DNA from: Lama glama
Lineage: Eukaryota
Direction: 5' to 3'
NCBI GenBank assembly: GCA_028534125.1
Contig: CM052817.1
Span: 86,864,001 to 86,928,000, forward strand
Length of the DNA stretch: 64,000 bases
The translations under genes and the position numbers were made by a program. The notes below the pieces were generated by a model. The model was not told where the DNA came from, ran no database searches, and saw nothing but the letters and a program-made list of their open reading frames with translations. Position 1 is the first letter of the stretch, and each line of letters begins with the position of its first letter. Positions 54,099 through 64,000 of the stretch are shown here, piece after piece.

Positions 54099-54930
54099 TT
54101 TAAGGAATCACCAACCAGGAGAAGCCTCTTCCTAGAGTTTCTGGAATCTCAACACCAAAAATTGGGATTTTTTTTTTTAATCCTGTTAATGAAGAATACA
54201 TAGAAAGGCAAACAATCTTAATTCCCCGTCTTCCCGCACCAATGTCAAAGGGACTCACCTTGCAATAACAGAGATGCCCCAAACTTTCAAGTCTGGATTT
54301 CCCCTGCCAGCATCTCCATCTGTTGCCACCATCCGAGGTCGACAGAGGCTACATGGGAGTGGCTCCCATGAGAGGGTGACTGCTCTTCATTTAAGCGTCT
54401 GGCAGCGCGGGAAAGCTCTCGAGCTCTGCTGTCCCTCAGGTATTTCTGGGGAATTTCTGTCTGCCTTCTGGAGTAGACCTGGACAACAGAACGTTAGGCC
54501 CTTTAAGAAACTTCACTGAAGTTACACAAATATTTGATATGTGAAAGGATTTCAGTCTAAAATGGAACTGGAGGTTATGAAATGGAGACTCACGAACAGC
54601 CCTCAGAAAAAACGAACTTAGTACCGAGAGACTGATTTCCCGCAAACGCCTGATTTACGTAAGGCTGAAACTTATCTCTGGACCAATGAATAGCCGCCAT
54701 CAATCCTTCTCCATCCGCAAGCCAATGAACTTACTGCTTAGACTCTGGCTGGACTCGCGCCCTCTGCACTCTTGCATGTAAATACATCCCGCTCCAGACC
54801 CTCAAGGGACTGCCCATAGGTTACTGCAGTCTGTGTTTCCCGAATTGTAATTCCTCCCACTATCCCCGAATAAACTGAAATTTCTGGTAATTCAAGCTTG
54901 CCTCAGTTTACCTCTTCATGTAGGCTGACA
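54099..54930 (+). mobile_element. Relatively young solo LTR (ERV)
   Basis: Ends ...ggctgaca; 5-bp TSD TACTA at 54094-54098 and 54931-54935; CCAAT boxes at ~54683 and ~54722; TATA-like 'tgtaaata' at ~54777; AATAAA at 54869-54874; many intact CpGs. The 5' TG appears mutated to TT. Confidence 0.75.
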
Positions 54931-55772
54931 TACTATTTTGGGATCTAGTTATCTTCTGTTTTATGTTTTGAATTAATGCTCAAATCTGTCTGGAGATCAT
55001 TTTTATATATCGTGCAAGATGAAAAAGGAAACGTTTTCTTTCACAACAGACATGGAACTTCTGTATTGTAAGTCAAGCGAGCTTCCACGTACAGTACCAT
55101 TCAACTTTGATCTGTCCTGTTTCACTGATATGTTTAGATATTTTCTTATGCCAAAAGCATCTTTTTCACTACCGTGCCCTTTTTTTCTTACGTATGTGAA
55201 CCTATGTATGTACTTCCTATTTACACTTAAACCCTTTCATTCTGGTCAAATACTTAACGGTTTTATTAGCCTGTGAAAAACCTTTCGGATTACTTTTAAA
55301 CCTGCATGCATAAAATAATTACTAACCTAATTACAGAATTATTTCTGAACTCCATAATATCCATACCACAAACAATACAGGTGTTTCAGTTATGGAAAAA
55401 GAAAGCTGAGGAATAAGAAAAGAAAATACATATACACACTATGGTGATCAACAGCCCTTTTCTGAACTGACATTCCTTCATTTCAGGACATTGAAGAACA
55501 GAAAACTAGAAGCAAGGCAGTGTCCCCTCTGGCTTAAAACTCAGACCATTGCTTTGAATCCATCAAGTCAATCAACCTTTCTTTTTAACTTAACCCTGAA
55601 ACACTTTTAAATTACAGTGTCTCCTGATTCTACCTAAGACACCTAATGTCCTCCCATCTCAGCCATATTTACTCTTAACATCTAACATTCTAATCACAGA
55701 GGACTCCTTAGCTTGTCATCCTGACCTTATAAAAGGAATAAAACAATTCAGAATCCTGGACATTGTACTTAC

Positions 55773-55875
55773 TCTATTCATAGTTACACAGTCAACATAG
55801 TATATATGAAATAAGATGAAAATTATAAGTCGAAGAACATTATAAGATGACATATTACTTTTGAGGAGTAGTTGT
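55773..55875 (-). ncRNA. Candidate internal exon (103 nt) of the minus-strand lncRNA
   Basis: Acceptor TTCCTTCTCTTTCTAG|ACAAC and donor AATAGA|GTAAGT in unique sequence. Confidence 0.45.
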
Positions 55876-57759
55876 CTAGAAAGAGAAGGAATGCATTTCA
55901 TGAGTTGTAAATGGGATGAAGTGTTTTGAACACATTTGTAATGTACAGTGGATTTTCCACTTTAAGCAAGATTTCTTTGAAATAATCAACTGTAAAAGAC
56001 CTTTCTCAAATACAGATTATTAAAAAATATAGCTAGTGGAATTGAGTATAATATCTCAGAAATATTTTTTAAGATGAATAACAGTATAAAGTTAAAAGGT
56101 CAAGCATTCATTCATTTAGTCAGCACATCTTTATGTTAAGAACTGGTTATACAACCAACAAATCTATCAAAAATGTGACCATTCAGCTGAATGTTTGTTA
56201 GGTTCCTTGGGCTTAAGCAATACTTCTCTCCATTATCCTGCCTGGCCGAAGGAAAATACATTCTTGTTAAATTAGATTCTTGGTTAGGTAGTCGAACCAA
56301 ACAAGATTTTTAAAATATTTTCAGAAAATCAGCCATTAACAGTTCACCATTAAAGCAGAAGCAGCAGCCAAGATTCTCAAATACATATGCTAATGAACAA
56401 GCAATAATATTAGGTTTTATCATAATTCTAAGGCTGAACGCTGGCTGTTAGCCCAACCCATACCAAAAGCATTGCTCAGGTGTGAAGGCTAAATGAGAAT
56501 CTCTGCCATCTATGCCGACCTTAAATTTGGCCAAGTTCTTGCGAGTGGGGCCGGGGAGGAGTAAATCCAAAGAAACGAAATTGAAGTCGCCTGGCTTCAT
56601 AAATTTAAGTAGCTGGATCCAAAGTCAGGATATTGGCCTGTAGTTGAAAAGCTCGATGTGCTGTTTTTATGATCTCAATAGAAAAGCTTTTTGCTATCAC
56701 TGTTTCCAGTTCTTTACTGTGCATGTACCTCTAACCTGCTTCAGATATTTCTTTGTACTAATCTGTAGCATTCTCACCTTTAAAATTGTGACAGAAACTG
56801 CCCTTTTCTAGAAATCTTTGCTTAATTAAATGATTTCATTCTAGTCTTTTCTGTACTCCCCATGTACTCAGCATTCACAGCCATTCTATGTTTAAATGTA
56901 TTCTCCATGCTGTTTAATGAAGTAATTTAAACATTTTATGCATATTCTTTACTTATCAAATTGCACATGAATCCTAGAGAAATATATCCACGATTTACAT
57001 GTATTTTCCATTCTTTCAGTATCCCTCTGGCTGTGCTGCTATCACACCAGCACCAATGCGTGTTTTTGTTTCTTAAGGTGTAAGAAGTTACTGAGGAGAA
57101 CACTAATAGCAGTGCTAGACAGAAATATAACAAAGAGGAGAATGCTGAAGAGAGAGTTAAATACGATTGAGGCTTGAGGCTCAGAATGGGTCATTGTAAT
57201 AAATTCACTCTATTCTAAGTGATTTTTCACCAATTTGTTTTTAATCTGGAGAGTTTCTAGTACTCTTCGGCAGGAATATAGGAGTCGGTATTAAGACTTT
57301 ACACCAAGGAATTGGAGGGAAATAGTGAATATATCAAATAAGAGTCCTTTAATCCTAAAATTTTGATAAATATAGAAATTAAAAAAATAGTATTTTACAA
57401 TGAAAGAGCCATATTTTATCAAAGTGATTTTTAAGTCTACACATGTCTTATCACAGAGATTAAAACAGAAAATTTAAACTTATCTCAAAGAAAAGCAGTA
57501 TTAAAACAACACAAAGAAAAACTCAGTATTGATTTTTATGTTTTGATGCTTATTTAAAATTTAATTAGTTTTGTCTTATTCATTTACTGTTTCCATTCTC
57601 TTTGAAATTATAATTTCCTGCAAAATAAGGCCAATACAAAATTGTCCTCAAAGTAAATAGTTTGCGTTTTGTGAAGAAAATAAAACCACCAGGAAAATCA
57701 ATACGTATTATTGTCAATAAATATCTTATTTAAGGATTACTTCAATCAAAACATCTTGC

Positions 57760-58000
57760 TATAATAATAGATAATATTTATTGAAACTCTAGTATGGGCT
57801 GAGAATTTTACATATATCGGGTCAGTTTAAGCCTCCCAATGACTCAACAAGATCAGATGTATCATCATATTTTAACAGATGTTTAGAGTGTTTAACACAC
57901 TTTGACAGAGTTTCAAAGGATTTAACTAACTGGGCCAAGTTCAAATATCTGGAGAAGCAGGGATCTGAGCCCAATTTGGTTTAATCCTTCATAATTTACT
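57760..58000 (-). mobile_element. MIR SINE, decayed
   Basis: 'aataatagataatatttattgaaactct...catattttaacagatg...gggatctgagccca'. Confidence 0.6.
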
Positions 58001-58909
58001 GTGTCATCACCGCCACAATTGGGTGCTTTCAGAAATGAGTAAGATCTAGAACCTACCTTATAGGGCCCACATTCCATATATTCTGAATTACTGAGCACAC
58101 TTTTAGAAGAAATATATTTTCCTTCCATCAGTACTTATTACCAAAATAATAATACAAATATTTTACTTACAGTGAGTAAATCAGATTCCACATTCATCTT
58201 CCTGTGGTTAATTCTTTCCATATTTAAAATTATTTTTAAGTCATTTCCTTTCATTTCCTGCTGGCAAAAGATTGTCAAATAAATTTAATTGTTTAATTTT
58301 CAGAAATTTTATATTAAAATAATCTTTTCTGAGCAACAATGATGGAATAAAATAATAGTTGCAATTTTGGTTAACAAAACACAATTTCCCTTTTAAAGAC
58401 CAGTTTGGAAGCACACACAAAAAACACAAAAACCCACTAATATTTGCATTGTATAAAATGGATACACTTAGTTTTTCCTAGCTTTTAAGAAACTCTAATA
58501 AACTATACGAACAAGGCAATACTTTTTGGCCCATTGATCAACAGGGTGTTTTTCAGGACTGGATGAAGCAGAGGTGTCTCCTTTCAGCATGTTTCTTTTA
58601 GCAATTTCCATTTCCAGTCAGTAAAATCTGTGATTCCTATGCCAGGCACTTCTGCATGAGAAAGAGACGGATGTTTGTAATCTGTTTCACTTGTAGGAAA
58701 ACATATTCCAAGTTTGGTTTCCTCACAAAACCTCAAAAAAAAAATTCTCAAATATATTTATGAATTCTTCCATGGCTCAACTCAGTGACGTAACAGCCAT
58801 TCTACTAGCATAAATCCAGTACCCCTGTTGGTACAAAATCTACATGAATTCCATTTTTAATCTTTAATTCATTTTTTTCTTTTAGTCAATCCAATCATAT
58901 AGACTAGAG

Positions 58910-59120
58910 AAACATCATGGTATAGTACCCGAGCCTCAGCCTGAGCACCAGAAGGCCTGGATTTGAATTTTCTCTTAGTTTGGTGAGTTACTTAAATTCT
59001 GAACATCTTCAGTATCCTTATGTATAATGTTGGTATGATAATACCTATAGACATGAGGGAAAATATTATAATGTAGCTAAGAATGCTTGGCATACCTTGG
59101 CTGTTTAAAAACTATTAATC
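58910..59120 (+). mobile_element. MIR SINE, decayed
   Basis: 'ccagaaggcctggatttgaatt...gagttacttaaattctg...cttatgtataatgttggtatgataatacct'. Confidence 0.6.
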
Positions 59121-59215
59121 ACTTTCACCTAAAAAAAACTCAAGAAGTTGCAATAAAATAAAGCTTTTTACAGCATAGCATTGCCAAACCCGTTTAGATA
59201 GGATAGCATGAAAAT

Positions 59216-59308
59216 CAAGTTTCTTACAGAAAGAGTTATACTAACCAGACAGTCAAACTGCAAGTTTCTTATAGAAGGAGTTCTACTACTAACCAGCCAG
59301 TCAAACTG
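59216..59308. repeat. Tandem duplication, two ~45-48 bp units
   Basis: 59216-59260 caagtttcttacagaaagagttatactaaccagacagtcaaactg versus 59261-59308 caagtttcttatagaaggagttctactactaaccagccagtcaaactg. Confidence 0.9.
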
Positions 59309-62289
59309 AGATACTTTTTTAAACTGAAGTTTCTATTTTACTATTTGTTCTGTTTACTATTGTAATTCTAATAACTAATGTAATTTTCAAGCTATGTTTG
59401 ATATTCTTTCCCTGGTGTCTGTCTGCAATAACATTTTTAAATCTTTCAAAATATAGCCGTATGACTTGTAACCCCAATTACAATTTGAGTAATCTCATTC
59501 TGTATTCACAAAATCAAGGGGCTTCCCCTTAAGAAAACAATTCATACTTGCCAGACAAACACTAGCATTATGCTAACTGTATCACCATCAAATAAGAAGA
59601 AAACACACTGGGAAATAAAAAAGAGAGAATTCTAGACACCTTTTCTCTTATATAGACTTAATCAGGGCTTGCAATTAATTTTTGAAATTGTTTTATATTG
59701 ACCTTAATGTTTAAAGCTTCATTGCTACCTCTGAGCCCCATCAGTAAAACCCACACATCATCCCTGTTAGCAAAGCAGCTGGCTTTTTAAATGTGATGTC
59801 TTGTAGTTCTTACTTACAATCCTAATCACATCATTGATTTCAGTAATCTTCAGGAAGAGTAATTATTAATGCTGTCAAAAGCAGAGGCTGGGATTCAATT
59901 TTTTTCCTTTTCTTTTTTTTTTTTTTTATAAACCTGGATAATTAAGATTAAGCCTAATAATGTGACTCTAGAGGCCTCCAGGTAATTAGAAGTTTCCTAT
60001 GGTTGAGTATGTATAATACAGCAAAGACACTGTCTTCACTTAAAATTCTTCACACATCCCAAATACTTAGTTACATAAGCCACAAATGGTTAAATAAAAA
60101 TGCTAGACGTAGCCACTCACCATAACTTGATTTTTTTTCAGACTCAACAGACAAGCACCACACAAAAATTTTACCTGATTGATTTTTTTCTGTAATTTGA
60201 GACAGCCGTAAGATCTATTTTGTCTCCTAATGCCAAAAAGACTAAGGCACATGACCTTTCTTTCTAGTGTCTTTAACACACTAAGGAATTAAACAATTTT
60301 CTGGGGAAAAAAAAAACACGATAAGCCAATATGAAGAGGATAAGAGACATTTTGGAGAAATCAGATTTTTCTATAATCAAAGCAATTTAAAAAAGAAAGC
60401 AGGTAAGATGAGGTAATGCATTTTGATTTTCAGAAAGAGAGATCATGATGTAATAAAGATTGTCATTCTAAAGCAGAACCCTATTTACATTCTGAAAGAA
60501 GTTGTGAAACATAAGTTTCCAAAGGACTACGTATTTATCACCAAAAGACATAATATGTGAAGGAGCTGACAGAACGTTAGTGTGCTCAATGTTGATCACC
60601 CCCCTGTACTCAGGAAAGTATACATACATTTGGAACCACTGTCAAACACCATTGCCTAATTTGAAAATATTCCTAGACTTCTTATTGATCAATATCTCTT
60701 ATAGAAAGGATAAGAGTATAGCATCTGGACTGAAATAGTATTATTAGAAAAAATGATATCATGAGCATTAGGATGTATAATTCATGTTGCTTTCATTGGC
60801 TCAGACCATTGTAAAAATCCATAAATCATTTTCTTGTTCATATATTGCTTAAGTGCAATTTGTCATTCTGCATTAGAGGGCTGCTTCAGCTCATCAGTGC
60901 TTTTAATTCACTGTTTAGAGTTTAACAAAATGCTGGCTCTGTCTGATAACTGAAAAGACACTGAAATGTGAAGCCACACCAATATTAACAAGGTTAAATA
61001 AAATGAAGAAGAACATTTCCACTTTGAATATCAAGTAACACTTAATAGCTAGTATTCTCAGTCCCCAAAACATGGATTGGTTTGTTCTCTATTGACTTCA
61101 AAGCATTAGAACACAGTAACTAAAGAGTTACCTGAATGCTGATAACAGCATGTATATGCTATAAATCTTTTCCAGAAACTCTAGTCAACACTCACTCTAG
61201 TCAACTGTAAATGAACAAAAATTAACAGTGTTTGTGGCACTGGCTCCAAAGCCTTGCCTTCCCACCTCTTAAGCTAGGTTACACTACTTACAGATAAACT
61301 GATTTCATGGTTACCCATTAGAGATGCAATACAGTCCAGGTCCTTTGCGTTTACTCTGGGCACTGTGCTTGCTGGGGACGTCAAGTGCCAGGAACCATCT
61401 AGCTCAACCCTGGTGGGACTTGGCGTTTGAAAGACTCCTTATTGACAATTTAAAATTTTTTTCTTCCATTTCTTAAAAAAAAAAAAAAAAGAAAAGAAAA
61501 CCAAAGCTCTGGGCACACTGCAATAATAAGTGGATTTAGAAACAAATTGCTTTCAAGTCAAGTTAAATCACTGCAAACACTCATTTATCCAAACCCTGGT
61601 TAACAAACTTGTTTCCCTCCCACCTTTTCCAGAAAAGGGTAGGGAAGAAAGCAACCCGGTTAGCTAGTTTCAAAGTTTGCAACCATGTATATAAAACGAG
61701 TTTATGAGATCCTTGGTACCCCCCACCCCACTTCTGCTGCCCTTAGAGGACAATGAAATAGACGAGGGTGCATTAACACTCACACACCAACCAGGAGTTT
61801 TATGAAAATTGATTTTGATAATCTCTCTTCAAATATTAGCTACTTCCCCCCTCTGTTTTAGGATATAATTTGTTTGGGCCCAGGCGGTTGGCGCTCTTGG
61901 TGAGGGCTTGGGGTGAGAGGGTTATGTTGCTACGTTTTGTTTAGTTTCTCCCTGCAGGTTTCAATAAAGGTGGTGGCGGCGAGGTCAACGGATGCTGCAT
62001 TACACGATATTCTGCACTTCAAAGCGGTCGTCAACTCCATCACCGAGGCTGTTAGTTATGTAATCACGGCCTCACTAAATTCTGGGGTTCACTGAAGGGA
62101 GACTGAAAAATAAAAAGGGGAAGGGAAAAAAATCTAGATTGATACAGCAAGGAAGAAAGTACAGCGGTTACACTGAAGAGGCACTTTTAAAGGGCAAATT
62201 TAAAGTGTTGTTTTGTTTTGTGGGTGACGGGGTGGGGCTATCAAATGATTCCAGAGTAAGGAGGCAGAGAAGGTTGTTAATGCCAATAT

Positions 62290-62625
62290 CTGAATCTCGG
62301 CCCAGGACAGAATACTCTTGCCATTGCCCTTGGCTGGAGATACTAAAAGGCAGGCGGACGGCCAGGCTCGTATCTATTCTCCCAGGCAGAAGACCCCGTT
62401 GTTACCGCGCCGATACCAGGGCGCCTTGGAGACTAGAAGTCAGAGAGGCGAGACCTCTAGAGGACCCCGGCCGGCGTCGCCGGCGCGGATGCCGGCCTCT
62501 GCGACCTAGGAAATCCTGCAGAGCCCCCAACAGGCGAGCCCTGCCGAAAGAGCTCCAAAGCAAAATTCTCTGGCTTGCCCTGTGCCGCTTTCGCCGCTAG
62601 GAGACGCCTATAACCCACGTTTGTG
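62290..62625. promoter_or_regulatory. Small CpG-rich island
   Basis: Dense CpGs ('ccggccggcgtcgccggcgcggatgccggc') against a CpG-depleted background. Confidence 0.7.
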
Positions 62626-63159
62626 GAGAGAGTGCCTCTTCCAATCACAACTGCTATTAAAAAAAAAAAAAAAAGAAAGAAAAAAAAGAAAGCAGCTCAA
62701 GTGTTACAGTGGATCAGTGGATGTAGTGATTATTTACAGGCAAATCTGGCCATCTCTCCACGTTCTCATCTCCACCTCTGGAAGTTCTCTGGCTCTCAGC
62801 GAACGTCCAAAGTGCTCAAACTTCATCAATATTTTGAGAGCACAAACCCTCTCCCCCAAACAATTTCTGGATCTGCATTGTCATTCAGCCGCATGTCTCT
62901 CACACGCAAACACGCGCGCACACGCGAGCGCACACAAGTGTTTCCGTACGTACAAATCAAACATTAGAAAATTACCGTCATTTAAAAATATGCTCCAAGA
63001 TTCTGATGAGTCAGCTTGAAGACCTCAAAACATTTCATTTCAATCCTGCGGATCTAAAGAAAAATATGGGAGGGGGATGGGAGGAGTATAACGTACAGAT
63101 GCAATGCTGTTATTAATATTCAGATACACTATAATCTCTTTTTCATTGATCCACAGGTC

Positions 63160-64000
63160 CTTTTATAAACTGCCGCTCCATTCTCAGCCGCAGACGTGAT
63201 GCTAAAATCATTTTAACTGCAGCGGTTTTCGCTCGGCTTTGGCCAGTCTTCAATTTACTGCAGCTGGAAAAGGATTAGCCATTTTTGCTGGCATCCTTCC
63301 CTTCTAACCGCTCAAAGGCAGGACCCATCTCCATGAAAGAGCCAAGGGGGCGGGGGGCTAGGGCAGTACACACGCAGTCGCGGGACTCGCAGGGACATGC
63401 CTCAGTCTACAATCAAACCCAAGGCCACTCGCCCTCCTTAATTCCCTGCCAGGAAGGAATGGCAACGTACCTTGGGATCGGGGAAACGACTCTTCTTTTC
63501 CTGCAGGTTGTGACGGTGTTACTCACAGGTCATTCATTCAGGAAGCCCCAAGGGACCTTCTTATCTTGTGGCGTAAAAAGGAAACTGAACAAGGGGTGGT
63601 TTGGTTGAATAAACAACCTTCTACAGCCCATTAATTAACATAAAATTATGTTTAAAAAAACATTTTCTCGGAGAATTAACATTCAATCCACTCTTCAGCA
63701 TTGAAGAGTTCGCGCTGTATTTTAACTTCATAAAAACTGGGTGCTTAGATGCGCCGCTTTCCCCCGGCGCCTCGGGAGTGAGCACTCAGCTCGTCAAGAG
63801 CATCCTTCGGGACCCAGAAGGGTATGTGGGAGGTGCTCGGTTGGGGCTTACACAGAGCGGTGCGCTGGACCAGGGAGGTTAGATACCAGCACTGTGAATG
63901 TGCAAGCGCGTTCGCAGATACCCGCAGCGGCACACACTCGAACCCCGCGTGTGCACGGCCCCTGGCCACGCACCACCCCCAACCCCGCCCCCGCCCGCAT
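63160..64000. promoter_or_regulatory. CpG island/promoter edge, continuing beyond the window; probable 5' end of the minus-strand transcript
   Basis: Rising GC/CpG content; Sp/KLF GC boxes (ggggcgggg at ~63347, ccccgccccc at ~63983); minus-strand donors CCCAAG|GTACGT (63471/63470) and CCT|GTGAGT (63527/63526). Confidence 0.75.

Noticed and set aside
62590..62610. CTCF-like motif CCGCTAGGAGACGC
   Set aside because: Two mismatches in the core; not supportable without a PWM scan or ChIP data.
62139..63019. Longest ORFs in the track (153, 145 and 114 aa)
   Set aside because: Non-ATG starts, low-complexity Arg/Pro and poly-Lys content from GC-rich and A-tract sequence; no recognisable domain.
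1..64000. Conserved miRNA hairpins, rRNA, CRISPR arrays or prokaryote-type systems
   Set aside because: None recognised by eye and the sequence is clearly mammalian. An Rfam/miRBase scan would be needed to exclude small RNAs formally.

Overview
AT-rich mammalian genomic DNA, very probably from a camelid: it carries a tRNA-Ala-derived Vic-1-type SINE at ~47.3 kb. I find no credible protein-coding gene; the ORF-track entries are short chance ORFs or decayed L1/ERV fragments. The left ~47 kb is dominated by old interspersed repeats (L1, L2, MIR, MLT1, ERVL, hAT-Charlie), broken by repeat-free, homeodomain-motif-rich blocks. The right ~17 kb is repeat-poor and ends in a CpG island/promoter that runs off the window. 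Splice-site logic suggests a minus-strand spliced non-coding transcript leaving that island, with candidate exons ending at 63471, then 55773-55875, 48505-48600 and a terminal exon of ~36590-37198. The layout is reminiscent of a developmental-gene divergent lncRNA (tentatively NR2F1-AS1; not verified). The most notable sequence-level observations are: (i) two solo LTRs of one family inserted independently, tail-to-tail, only 243 bp apart (9275-10489); (ii) two small ORFs with an ATGA stop/start overlap in the candidate terminal exon, the second with a signal-anchor-like hydrophobic stretch; and (iii) a young solo LTR (54099-54930) containing a well-formed antisense cassette exon. Repeat family names and most repeat boundaries are by eye and approximate.
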